Below are positions 23,080 to 32,281 of a DNA stretch of 34,839 nucleotides, piece by piece (within the stretch, counting starts at the first letter, position 1; each line of letters starts with the position of its first letter). The notes under the pieces are model-generated. The model was given only the letters and a program-made list of their open reading frames with translations. It was not told where the DNA came from and did not search any database. The position numbers were made by a program, and so were the translations under genes. The stretch comes from Candidatus Nomurabacteria bacterium (GTDB lineage Bacteria; Patescibacteriota; Minisyncoccia; Phycocordibacterales; PALSA-1337), in contig CALQZK010000001.1 in the NCBI GenBank assembly GCA_943349555.1, positions 1 through 34,839 on the forward strand, in the 5' to 3' direction.

Positions 23080-23748
23080 CTACTTCCCCACCGCAGTCAC
23101 CTTCTTCATCACGACATCCTCTACCGGCTTATCGTCGCCACCTACTTTGGAATTTGCTATAGCATCTACAACTTCCATTCCGCTCACAACACGGCCAAAG
23201 ATTGTGTAACTGTTTGGAAGAGGGTAGTCAGCATGCATAATAAAGAATTGGCTACCATTCGTATTAGGCCCGGAATTCGCCATAGCTACCACACCTCTCT
23301 TATATCCAGTCTTGTATGACTCTGTATTAGGGTTCAATTCATCCTCAAACTTATACCCCGGTCCTCCCCTGCCTGTTCCCGTAGGATCTCCTCCTTGAAT
23401 CATGAAGCCTTTTATCACTCGGTGGAATATGACCCCATCATAGAAAGATTTGCCAGCAAGCTCGACGAAATTCTGAGAAGCTTTCGGCGCATCTTGATCA
23501 TAAGTTTCAAAAACTATTTTTCCTTTATTTGTTTCGATTGTTACTGTGTGCATAAGATTTTTTAATGTTTGGGGGGCTTGTGTTACCGGTGCCGGAGTTG
23601 CCTCTGACGCCTGTGGCGTCTTTATATCTTGTGCCTCTTTTTCCACTTTGCCCGACCACCAGAAATATCCCGCTCCGATAATAATGATTGCGATAATAAA
23701 TGTTACATATGCCGATGCTGGCATTTTTTCTTCTTGTTTTTCTTGCAT
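23080..23748 (-). CDS. Cyclophilin-type peptidyl-prolyl isomerase with N-terminal TM anchor
   Basis: FHRVIKGFMIQGGDP, AMANSGPNTNGSQFFI, YTIFG. Confidence 0.96.
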   Translation of the reverse strand: MQEKQEEKMPASAYVTFIIAIIIIGAGYFWWSGKVEKEAQDIKTPQASEATPAPVTQAPQTLKNLMHTVTIETNKGKIVFETYDQDAPKASQNFVELAGKSFYDGVIFHRVIKGFMIQGGDPTGTGRGGPGYKFEDELNPNTESYKTGYKRGVVAMANSGPNTNGSQFFIMHADYPLPNSYTIFGRVVSGMEVVDAIANSKVGGDDKPVEDVVMKKVTAVGK

Positions 23749-24756
23749 TCAGAGATTATACATTATCTTTGCAGTAGAAACCACTTTCTCAATCGCCTGT
23801 TCCAGAGGCATGGAGAGAACCGCTCCTGCTGCAGCCTTATGACCTCCTCCGCCAAGCTCGGCGGCAAGTTTAGAAACATCATATTTATTTGAATCAGAAG
23901 AACGGAAGCTCAACTTCACAACACTTGGCTGTGATTCTGCAGCACAGGCTACCATGCTCCAGTCCGGGACGCTGCGCATGAACGACGATATAGCTCCTGC
24001 ACTGACATCGCTAGCTGGAATTTTTTTACTTTCTATTACAGAATACGCCACCGAAGATATGGCCAATTTGCCGTCAAAAAGAACGGAAATATTGCCCAGA
24101 GCTGCAGCTTCAAAAGATATGAATCCTGGAGTATTGGAATTTTCCATTTTGGAAATAAGGAGTGGGATGCTTGGTATATGAGAAGCAAGATCGGCCACAG
24201 CAGAAAAAGTTTTCGGTCCAACTCCTTCATACTTAAACCCTCCAGTATCCGTGTATGTGCCAATGAAAAGATTGCTGGCAATATCGGAGTCCAACTTTAT
24301 ACTCCATTCTTTAAACAAATCGAAAAGAATAAGGCAATTAGCAGGATATGAGGGATCGATAATATTGATGGAACCACAGCCAGGATTGGTGCGATGATGA
24401 TCGATATTTATAATTTTCAATGATTCGGGAAACATTACTTCTTTAATCCGTGAGACTCCTCCCTTCCCAGAATCCAAAATGATAAAAAGATCAAATTCAT
24501 TTACGTCAATCTCAAAGAAATTCTTCTTTACTATTTCCTTTGCCCCAGGGAAATGCATAAAAGCCTTGGGAATCTCCGAATCCCCCTGTATAGCTGTAAC
24601 TTTCTTGCCAAGCTGTTCCAGGGCGAATTTCATAGCTAAAACAGACCCTACACTGTCAGGATCTGGCGAAGGATGGCAATGTAAAAGGATATGCTTTGCC
24701 TTTTTTATTTCAGCTAAAATTGCCTGGGTTTCAGGCCACGCTTTATCTTGGCTCAT
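23749..24756 (-). CDS. DHH/DHHA1 phosphoesterase (NrnA-like)
   Basis: H-x-x-PDPD, IDHH, TDTG, GGGHKAAAG. Confidence 0.93.
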   Translation of the reverse strand: MSQDKAWPETQAILAEIKKAKHILLHCHPSPDPDSVGSVLAMKFALEQLGKKVTAIQGDSEIPKAFMHFPGAKEIVKKNFFEIDVNEFDLFIILDSGKGGVSRIKEVMFPESLKIINIDHHRTNPGCGSINIIDPSYPANCLILFDLFKEWSIKLDSDIASNLFIGTYTDTGGFKYEGVGPKTFSAVADLASHIPSIPLLISKMENSNTPGFISFEAAALGNISVLFDGKLAISSVAYSVIESKKIPASDVSAGAISSFMRSVPDWSMVACAAESQPSVVKLSFRSSDSNKYDVSKLAAELGGGGHKAAAGAVLSMPLEQAIEKVVSTAKIMYNL

Positions 24757-25076
24757 GCCCAGATTATAGCACGAAGTTTTCTGATTGAATTAACACAGGC
24801 CATTGTGCCTGACAGGATGAGCAGACCAAAGACTGTCTGAACAATTATTCTTGTATGAAGAAGAGATGAGTAGGCATAAGAAAAGCGATCCACCCAGTCC
24901 ACCTGCGTCATGATATTCGCCAAAACATCAGTGAAGGAAATCAGAATACTGGAACAGAAAATAAGCGCGGCGGCGAACAAAGCGCTTGCCAATGGAGACG
25001 TAGTGAAAAGCCATATGTTGCGCACAGTTCTTATGCGCGACATGACTTCGTATTTAAGTTGAAAGTCAGGATTCAT
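24753..25076 (-). CDS. Small two-TM protein, candidate anti-sigma factor
   Basis: Two hydrophobic segments, immediately downstream of the ECF sigma gene. Function inferred from position only. Confidence 0.6.
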   Translation of the reverse strand: MNPDFQLKYEVMSRIRTVRNIWLFTTSPLASALFAAALIFCSSILISFTDVLANIMTQVDWVDRFSYAYSSLLHTRIIVQTVFGLLILSGTMACVNSIRKLRAIIWA

Positions 25077-25081
25077 GATAG

Positions 25082-25681
25082 TTATATGCGTACTGTTTCT
25101 TGTTTTAAATTTTTGTCTTTAGAGTAGATAAAATTTAGCTCTTTTAATTTATCTTTTGCCCTCGATATGCGCGTTCTGACAACTCCATAGGAAACCCCTT
25201 CTATTTTGGCAATTTCCTTTTCCGACTTATGATCGAAGATATAGAGTTCGATCGTTCGCTTCAAAAGAGCGGGTAATTTTGACACGAGCGAGAGCAGGTA
25301 ATCTTTGTCGAGGCCGTACTCTCTCAATTCCTTGACCGAAAAATCTTCTATTTCTCCTGTAACTTCCGGATCCAAGGTAAAGGTCGCTCGCTTCTTATTC
25401 TTGGAATATATAGTGTAGCAGACCCGGATCAGAATAGCATATGCCCATGAGGAAAACTTTATACCTTCCCTTTTTGCATATTTGGGAGCGTGGATGTACA
25501 TACGGACGAAAGCCTCCTGTACAGCATCTTCCGCATCCTCCATACCGAGTATTTTCCTCGCTGCATGGAGAAATGGCACTTCATAGCGGTCTACAATGAT
25601 GCCGAAAGCTGAAGGATCTTCAATAGATCTCTTCAAGACGACTTCGTCTGGCAGTGTAATCGGATCTGTTTCTATTTCCAT
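25082..25681 (-). CDS. ECF-type RNA polymerase sigma factor
   Basis: DAEDAVQEAF, FSSWAY, SEKEIA...VRTRISRAK. ATG at 25681 preferred over GTG at 25687. Confidence 0.92.
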   Translation of the reverse strand: MEIETDPITLPDEVVLKRSIEDPSAFGIIVDRYEVPFLHAARKILGMEDAEDAVQEAFVRMYIHAPKYAKREGIKFSSWAYAILIRVCYTIYSKNKKRATFTLDPEVTGEIEDFSVKELREYGLDKDYLLSLVSKLPALLKRTIELYIFDHKSEKEIAKIEGVSYGVVRTRISRAKDKLKELNFIYSKDKNLKQETVRI

Positions 25682-25811
25682 ATACACCTATTATAACCGA
25701 TGAAAGGGGTAAAATGTTACAAGATGAATCTTGAATTTTGAGGTACCATGTGTTATCCTTGTCGTGAATCTGTCAACAAATGTTCAAATCTCAAAAAACA
25801 AAGGATCTACT

Positions 25812-26501
25812 ATGCGACGATCGTATACAATGCGGGTACGGATCGGTTTTGACCACAAGAGTGTCCTACACGGGAGAGGATGGCGTGGCGTGACTACACT
25901 GTATCGCGACGATACGTTAGTGCTGGAGCGGACAGTTCCCGGCACAAATCGTCGGGCTGCTGTGACGGTAGCTCTAAACTGGCTGTGGGTGCATTTGGGT
26001 CACCAGCTTGGACAGGCCCAGACATTACTCACCGTCGACAACCCCTATGAGGAAGTCAAATACAGCACTTCCTTTCATTGCCGAGCACGGGAGTATTGCT
26101 ACTTGGATGAGATCACCGTCACGCAGCTTCTTTTGGAAGCAAATGGTGAACTCGTGCGTGAGACAAGGTTGCGCGCCTTGCATCACCCGTACGGATCGGT
26201 GCGACGTATCAAGCGGCGCAGGAAGTTGCCTGCCCGAGTCGCGCCCAATGTGTATGCCGACGCGAACAATACGTTCTTTTATCGCTACACGCATGTGCCC
26301 CAGCACTCAAAAAAAGGGAAATTCATCCGCTATCGAAAAGTTCGATTCTTGCGACTAGAAGCCCGTGGTCTATCCTCTGCCATTAAAGAGATAAAGGATC
26401 GTGATCTTCCTGCCTTACATAAAAGTCGCAGAATTCTTGGGGACATTCGTTCGGTCTCAAGGCTTGAAAGCCTCTATACCAACGTGTCACTGAGGACGTA
26501 A
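25812..26501 (+). CDS. Hypothetical basic (Arg-rich) protein
   Basis: Long ORF filling the gap. Preceded by TTGAAT-17 bp-TATCCT (25731-25759) and followed by a hairpin. Visibly more GC-rich than its neighbours. Confidence 0.65.
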   Translation: MRRSYTMRVRIGFDHKSVLHGRGWRGVTTLYRDDTLVLERTVPGTNRRAAVTVALNWLWVHLGHQLGQAQTLLTVDNPYEEVKYSTSFHCRAREYCYLDEITVTQLLLEANGELVRETRLRALHHPYGSVRRIKRRRKLPARVAPNVYADANNTFFYRYTHVPQHSKKGKFIRYRKVRFLRLEARGLSSAIKEIKDRDLPALHKSRRILGDIRSVSRLESLYTNVSLRT

Positions 26502-26530
26502 CGTAATTCAAAGGCGTCGTTTGGGGCTTC

Positions 26531-26561
26531 GTAGAGAAGGTACCATCGATGCCTTTTCTAC
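26531..26561. terminator. Hairpin between the convergent ORF and tRNA-Thr
   Basis: GTAGAGAAGG...CCTTTTCTAC inverted repeat. Confidence 0.45.
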
Positions 26562-26570
26562 TAATTGCGG

Positions 26571-26828
26571 AGCCGTTGTCCGGGATTGAACCGGAGACCT
26601 CGTCATTCGCTTACACCTCCTTTTTATGTATATAGGAGGACTAGACTGTATCTTAATCCATTTAGGATTCCCTTGTCAGTCGTTCGAGCGATTTAGATCG
26701 CTACGGTCTTATCCAATGCTACCTTGGACTTTAACCGTGATTCGGGATTCATAACAGTGTTGCCACTGAAATGGGCAGGGGTCATGCGACCCACCAATGA
26801 CGTGCTCTACCAACTGAGCTACAACGGC
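26571..26828 (-). tRNA. tRNA-Thr(GGU), intron-containing (exons 26828-26793 and 26607-26571)
   Basis: Joined exons give GCCGTTG/CAACGGC acceptor stem, GCTC/GAGC D-stem, CGTCA-TTGGTAA-TGACG anticodon arm and TCCGG-TTCAATC-CCGGA T-arm. Confidence 0.93.
26608..26792 (-). ncRNA. Group I intron (185 nt, no ORF)
   Basis: 5' exon ends in U and the intron ends in G. P7 formed by ACGACUG and AAGAUACAGUCUAG. Hairpins consistent with P2, P5, P6, P8 and P9 are visible. Confidence 0.9.
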
Positions 26829-26890
26829 ATATCTTGGTTTAACTACCAAGACAGCTACAACGGCGTATGTACATGTCCGTTGCTATCCTC

Positions 26891-27694
26891 TCACAAATTC
26901 TTCGGCAAAACAACCGTGACCGTCGTTCCTTTATTAAGTTCTGAGGCAATAGATATGCTTCCCCCATGTAGTTCTATCATCTTCTTTGAGGTATATAGCC
27001 CAACTCCGCTCTCGTCCGGCTCAACCATGACTGCATTCTTGCCTCTGTGTAGTCGATCAAAAATGTAGGGCAAATCCTCTGGTGTAATGCCGATACCTGT
27101 ATCTTTGGTGATTATCGTAACCGATGACTGGCTGTCGGAAATATTCACATCCACACTGCCATTTGGAGAATACTTTATGGCATTGTCAATAATGTTAATA
27201 ATGGCTGCTTTAATCTTATTCCTATCAGCATTAATCAGAATGGAAGTCTGCGGGGAAATAAAATTTAATTTGATTTTCTTCTTTACAGTAATGAAATTCA
27301 ATTCCGCGATAATGGACTGGACCATGCCAACGATATCTACGCGTTCCGGATTCAATATGAGAGTGCCTCCTTCGGCCTCAATTGTCTTGAGCATGCCATT
27401 AATGATGCCTATGGCGTCTTTTATACGCTCAAGGCCTGCATCGATAAGGGAAATTGAGTCAGAGGGCAATGAAGTCTCTGATTTAAGCATTTCCAGAGCC
27501 CATTTCACCCCAGAGAGCGGCGTGCGAAGCTGATGCTGTGCCACGCTTAAAAAGTCATTCTTCAGTCGGTCGAGCTGGACCATTTTTCCAAGCTTTTTGG
27601 CGGTCTCTTCTCTCTGCTTTTTTTCGTAAAGGGCGTATAGGAAAAAAATAATTACTAGGACAGATAAAGCGATGGCATAGTAGGAATTTTCCAT
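26891..27694 (-). CDS. Histidine kinase, single TM, orphan
   Basis: HQLRTPL, NIIDNAIKYS, DTGIG, SGVGL. Confidence 0.93.
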   Translation of the reverse strand: MENSYYAIALSVLVIIFFLYALYEKKQREETAKKLGKMVQLDRLKNDFLSVAQHQLRTPLSGVKWALEMLKSETSLPSDSISLIDAGLERIKDAIGIINGMLKTIEAEGGTLILNPERVDIVGMVQSIIAELNFITVKKKIKLNFISPQTSILINADRNKIKAAIINIIDNAIKYSPNGSVDVNISDSQSSVTIITKDTGIGITPEDLPYIFDRLHRGKNAVMVEPDESGVGLYTSKKMIELHGGSISIASELNKGTTVTVVLPKNL

Positions 27695-27750
27695 GCAGTT
27701 ATTCTAACATATAATTATTGACATGCTATACTTAATATAAAATCAACAAT

Positions 27751-29277
27751 ATGTACCACAAGCAATTAGTCACTCATGTAACCACCAAAATTAATGAGGG
27801 GGTGGAAAAAGAAAAAATCCAAGATGAACTTATTGCTGATGGTTGGTCAGCAGACGATATTAAAGAAGCATTTTATTATAGCTCGTACCCAGAAAAGCTT
27901 CACCATTTTTCTTTTATTCGAGCTCTTCATTCAGAAGTTCCTGCTAGTGTCACAATAATTTTAATAGTCCTTGTTGCTACAGTACTAGGCAGTTACTTTT
28001 TCTTTTTCAGAGACACGACACTCAATTACAATATTAATCTACCTGCAGTGCCAGAGCCGAATCAGGTCGCATTTACCTACGGTGAACAACCAGCACTTTC
28101 TGATCCCGATTTCTTTGGAAAAGTTAAGCAACAATTTATTGATGACGAGGCCGATTTTATTGAAGCGGATCTTTCAGCAATGACTATTAGAGTATACAAA
28201 GATGGTGAAATGTCCCTGGAGGTTCCAATAAACAGTAAGGGCCGAGAAGGGTCCTGGTGGGAAACGCCTGCCGGACTCTATAAAATCAGCACAAAAGAAG
28301 ATAGGCACTTCTCCGGCATGGGTCATGTCTGGATGCCGTGGAGCATGAAATTCCAAGGGAATTTTTACATACATGGACGAACCTATTATCCAGATGGAAC
28401 GCTAACCGCCAAAGAATTTACAGGAGGCTGTATTCGTCTGTCCACTGAGGATGCAGAGAAGGTGTATCGTGCCATTGAAGTTGGTACGCCGTTGCTAGTT
28501 TTTGAACACAGTTTTTCTCCTGATACATTTACCTATCAAAGCGAGGCTGGGCCGGTTCTTTCAGCACCAAGCTATTTAAGTGCTGATTTACTTAATAATC
28601 ACGTCTTTGCAAGTAAGGAGTCGACAAAGGAACTGCCTATAGCATCGATCACAAAACTAATGACCGCACTCATTGCGACTGAATATATCAATCTCGATAA
28701 TATGGCTACTGTACCAAAAGAAGCTTTGGTCTACACATCAAAATCCCGCCTCAAAGCAGGTTCACAGTACAGTATTTATCAATTGCTATTCCCTCTACTA
28801 ATGGAATCTTCAAATGAGGCGGCGGAAACGATTGCACGGTATTATGGACGCGCTAATTTTATCCAACACATGAATGAAAAAGCTGCATCTATAGGAATGA
28901 CACACACTCATTTCGCCGATGCTTCTGGCGCCCTAGCAGAAAATACGTCTACCGCAGAAGATCTATTTATGCTTTCTAAATATATCTACAACAACAGAAG
29001 TTTCATATTCGATATTACTTCAGGGAAAGTCAAGAGTAGCGCTTACGGGACAAATGGATTTACTGACCTTGATAACTTCAATGATTTTATTAATAACGAA
29101 TTCTTTTTCGGAGGAAAGAACGGCAAGACGACAGCAGCTTCAGAAACAAACCTTTCCGTATTTGAATTACCCGTAGGAAATACAAAGAGGCCAATCGTTT
29201 CCATAGTCATTGGCGCACAGAACGCAGCAAAAGATTCTCAAATCCTGCTGGAATATACATTAAATCATTTCCGTTAA
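27751..29277 (+). CDS. L,D-transpeptidase (YkuD) fused to an S11 D-Ala-D-Ala carboxypeptidase
   Basis: TM, then ETPAG and YIHG...GGCIRL (YkuD), then ASITK (SxxK), SSN (SxN) and KNG (KTG variant). Confidence 0.9.
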   Translation: MYHKQLVTHVTTKINEGVEKEKIQDELIADGWSADDIKEAFYYSSYPEKLHHFSFIRALHSEVPASVTIILIVLVATVLGSYFFFFRDTTLNYNINLPAVPEPNQVAFTYGEQPALSDPDFFGKVKQQFIDDEADFIEADLSAMTIRVYKDGEMSLEVPINSKGREGSWWETPAGLYKISTKEDRHFSGMGHVWMPWSMKFQGNFYIHGRTYYPDGTLTAKEFTGGCIRLSTEDAEKVYRAIEVGTPLLVFEHSFSPDTFTYQSEAGPVLSAPSYLSADLLNNHVFASKESTKELPIASITKLMTALIATEYINLDNMATVPKEALVYTSKSRLKAGSQYSIYQLLFPLLMESSNEAAETIARYYGRANFIQHMNEKAASIGMTHTHFADASGALAENTSTAEDLFMLSKYIYNNRSFIFDITSGKVKSSAYGTNGFTDLDNFNDFINNEFFFGGKNGKTTAASETNLSVFELPVGNTKRPIVSIVIGAQNAAKDSQILLEYTLNHFR

Positions 29278-29298
29278 TGCGCGGCTTAGTGGACGACT

Positions 29299-29784
29299 TT
29301 AATAATTGCAATGCTGTAAATTATCTAGTCTACCATCTTCTTTTATCTTGATAGTCCAACCATCATAATGTCCAGGTTCGGATAAAATCATGTAACAACC
29401 TCCGATTTTTTCTGGGTTATTATTATCTTTTGCAATTACAATGTAACGATTGCTTTCTTGATACTTTGCAATGGAAATATTGGGCTCCAAATTTTCAAAA
29501 TGCAACCAATTATCAACTTCGGTTTTTTTATCGAGAACAACTTTATCTTTATTTCCATCCAAATCATTATCATTATGTAATTTAATAACTATGGATGAAT
29601 TGGGCACTGGACTATTAGTAATTGCATCTACAATATAGAATCCTCCCGACACCTTTCTATTTATAGCGTCTTCCAACATCATTTGGATAGATGATTTGTT
29701 TGGATCTGATGATGGGAAATATATAGCCCCAGCAATGAATAGCAATATTAAGATACCTATTATGTATATAATTTTCTTTATCAT
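29299..29784 (-). CDS. Hypothetical secreted or membrane-anchored protein
   Basis: MIKK + hydrophobic N-terminus, AT-rich, directly downstream of tRNA-Asp. Confidence 0.7.
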   Translation of the reverse strand: MIKKIIYIIGILILLFIAGAIYFPSSDPNKSSIQMMLEDAINRKVSGGFYIVDAITNSPVPNSSIVIKLHNDNDLDGNKDKVVLDKKTEVDNWLHFENLEPNISIAKYQESNRYIVIAKDNNNPEKIGGCYMILSEPGHYDGWTIKIKEDGRLDNLQHCNY

Positions 29785-29826
29785 TAATAACTTCAATCTT
29801 ACCACAGTTCTAACCTCCTATTTCTG

Positions 29827-29901
29827 CGCGGCTGAAGGGATTCGAACCCTCGGTCTATCCCGTGACAGGGGATTGTGTTAGGCCAGCTACACCACAGCCG
29901 C
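29827..29901 (-). tRNA. tRNA-Asp(GUC)
   Basis: GCGGCTG/CAGCCGC acceptor stem, ATCCC-CTGTCAC-GGGAT anticodon arm, GTTCGAATC. Confidence 0.96.
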
Positions 29902-29957
29902 ATTAGGATAAATGTACCAAAAAATGCTTAAAATGCAAGAAAAATAAACGATTGCTG

Positions 29958-30028
29958 TGTCGGTGAATGGAATCGGACCATTGTCTGAGCCTTATGAGTG
30001 CTCTGTTTTGCCATTAAACTACACCGAC
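29958..30028 (-). tRNA. tRNA with CAU anticodon (elongator Met or Ile2)
   Basis: GTCGGTG/CACCGAC acceptor stem, GAGCA-CTCATAA-GGCTC anticodon arm, atypical TCCGATT T-loop. Confidence 0.88.
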
Positions 30029-30040
30029 ATTACATCCTTG

Positions 30041-30112
30041 TTGCGGAGGCCGGAATTGCACCGGCTACCTTCAGGTTATGAGCCTGACGAGCAACTGTTA
30101 CTCTTCTCCGCT
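30041..30112 (-). tRNA. Initiator tRNA-fMet(CAU)
   Basis: Unpaired 1:72 (A/A), GCGGAG/CTCCGC stem, TCAGG-CTCATAA-CCTGA anticodon arm. Confidence 0.9.
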
Positions 30113-30159
30113 ATGGGGTAAATAATAACATCTTGCGTGACAGAAAGCAAATCCTATGT

Positions 30160-30759
30160 CTAGTGTGAAATATGATAAAACTCCTCAAATACCTGTCTGT
30201 AGAGGCCAATAACCCTCCTTGCCTCTATCTGGTTAAGAGCGAAGCCGGAGCCGTCATGAGCTATCCTATTGCGTATGCCATGTGCCTCTCCTGCCTGCTC
30301 CAAGGTCTTGAAGTCCCCTTTCTCCACCCGGCGAAGCCTTTCCCCTATTCCCTCCCCTCTGTATCCAAGCTTCACCAAGAGGTCTTCCAACATGATATCC
30401 GCCTCGATGATAGCCTGCCTCCAGTCATTCTCATTAGCAGAATCCATATGCTCCATCACCTTCCTCCATCTCACAGTCATTCCTTCATCTCCTTGCTTGG
30501 CGACGACAGCTTGATTGTCAGTAAATGCTGGTTCAACTTTTGTATTATATTTCTCCTCCTCTTTCGCACGAATTTTCTTCAAGCTTTCCACCGCGATGAC
30601 TATTCCCAGAAGAAGCAAAATGGATAGGGGAATAGAAATGCCGATTATAATTCCCATAAAGGATTTCAATCCGGCAACAAAAGACGGAAAATTTTCTATA
30701 ATATATGCAGATGACTTTTCGAAATAATATTGAAGATCAATTTGTGGCGCTGATATCAT
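30160..30759 (-). CDS. Hypothetical membrane protein
   Basis: One TM, then WRQAIIEADIML...GERL...RNRIAH (ends in an RxxxxH, HEPN-like motif). Confidence 0.8.
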   Translation of the reverse strand: MISAPQIDLQYYFEKSSAYIIENFPSFVAGLKSFMGIIIGISIPLSILLLLGIVIAVESLKKIRAKEEEKYNTKVEPAFTDNQAVVAKQGDEGMTVRWRKVMEHMDSANENDWRQAIIEADIMLEDLLVKLGYRGEGIGERLRRVEKGDFKTLEQAGEAHGIRNRIAHDGSGFALNQIEARRVIGLYRQVFEEFYHISH

Positions 30760-30782
30760 ATTATAATATAATTATATTATTA

Positions 30783-32198
30783 TTACTCAATTTCTCCCAG
30801 AAAATCTTTTCCCGCTTCGAAGAGGGTTTTCTCATCTCCATGTCTAGCCGTCAGTTGAATACCAAGTGGAAGTTTTTTACCATCAACCTCTTCAATACCA
30901 GCAGGAATCGACATAGCCGGCATACCGGTAAGATTTTCAGTAACAGTAAAGATATCTTCAAGATACATTGCCACAGGATCAGAAGTCCTCTCTCCGATTT
31001 TGAAAGCCGGTCCCGGAGTAGTCGGTGTAAGTATTATATCAACTTTTTGAAAAGCTTTCAGGAAATCTTGGGTGAGAACCTTACGAAGAGCGATCGCCCT
31101 GTTGTAGTAAGCATCATAATATCCAGATGAAAGTACGTAGGTTCCCAATAGAATTCTCCTTCTAACCTCTTTACCGAAGCCTTTTCCACGGGTCAGAAAA
31201 TAATCCTCAATGCCATCTTTCCCTCCTTCATGAAGTCCGTATCTGACTCCGTCGAAGCGGGATAAGTTGGAAGAAGCCTCGGCGAAGTTAATTATGTAAT
31301 AAATGGGAATGGCACTCGCCGCTTTTTCCAGCTCAATTTCACACACCTCATATCCAAGAGACTTAAACTTTTCCACATTTTTTTTAAATAAAGGAGACTG
31401 CTCAAAGAAAGTTGGGATTCCGATGATTGGTTTTTTCTGCCCTACTCTTTGAGATTCATATGTATCTTCAGCAATGGTCGTGCTGTCTAGAGGATCCTGT
31501 CCATGGATTGCTTTGAAAATTATTTCCGTATCCTCTACAGTCTTTCCAAATGGCCCAATTTGATCCAAAGAAGATCCAAGAGACATTACTCCATAGCGAG
31601 AAACAGAACCGTAAGTAGGCTTGAGACCTACCAGTCCACAGAATGCCGCAGGCTCTCGCACCGACCCGCCTGTATCAGAGCCTAGAGCCGCAAGCGCTCC
31701 ATCCATAGCAACAGCTGCAGCCGAACCTCCAGAAGATCCGCCAGCTACCCTTTCAATATCATGTGGATTTTTCGTCACTCCGAAAGCAGAATTTTCAGTA
31801 GATCCCCCCATAGCAAATTCATCCATATTTGCCCTGCCGAGAAAAACTGCTCCCTCTTTTTTTAACTTACCAATTGCGGTCGCATTATATGTTGCCTCAT
31901 ACCCTTCGAGAATTTTCGAAGCTGAACTTGCCTCTCTTCCTTTTATTAAAATATTATCTTTTATGGCAAAAGGTATACCTGTCAGTATCGTACCCTTGCC
32001 ATCTCTTATCATTTCATCTGCTTTCTGGGCTTGCTCCAGGACATCATCGTAGACTTCCAGATAAGCGTTTATTTCTTTATTTTTCTTGGAAATAACATCT
32101 AGGTACTCCTGTGCCAGTTCCACAGCAGAAAATTCTCCTTTTTTCATAGCTTCGTGAGCTTTCTTTATTGTAAGGGTTGCCAAGTCTATCTTTGTCAT
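30783..32198 (-). CDS. gatA: Asp/Glu-tRNA amidotransferase subunit A
   Basis: IKDNI, GGSSGGS, GSDTGGS amidase signature, SSNLSRFDGVRYG, EVRRRILLG. Confidence 0.97.
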   Translation of the reverse strand: MTKIDLATLTIKKAHEAMKKGEFSAVELAQEYLDVISKKNKEINAYLEVYDDVLEQAQKADEMIRDGKGTILTGIPFAIKDNILIKGREASSASKILEGYEATYNATAIGKLKKEGAVFLGRANMDEFAMGGSTENSAFGVTKNPHDIERVAGGSSGGSAAAVAMDGALAALGSDTGGSVREPAAFCGLVGLKPTYGSVSRYGVMSLGSSLDQIGPFGKTVEDTEIIFKAIHGQDPLDSTTIAEDTYESQRVGQKKPIIGIPTFFEQSPLFKKNVEKFKSLGYEVCEIELEKAASAIPIYYIINFAEASSNLSRFDGVRYGLHEGGKDGIEDYFLTRGKGFGKEVRRRILLGTYVLSSGYYDAYYNRAIALRKVLTQDFLKAFQKVDIILTPTTPGPAFKIGERTSDPVAMYLEDIFTVTENLTGMPAMSIPAGIEEVDGKKLPLGIQLTARHGDEKTLFEAGKDFLGEIE

Positions 32199-32281
32199 AT
32201 TGAGAGTAACTATATCATAAAAAAACGGGCCGCACTGTCATTATGAAGTGCAAGCCCGATCTTTATGGTTTGGCTCTACTT

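Noticed and set aside
26724..27068. 114-aa plus-strand ORF as an intron-encoded endonuclease
   Set aside because: Antisense to the intron, tRNA and kinase, with no LAGLIDADG, HNH or GIY-YIG motif.
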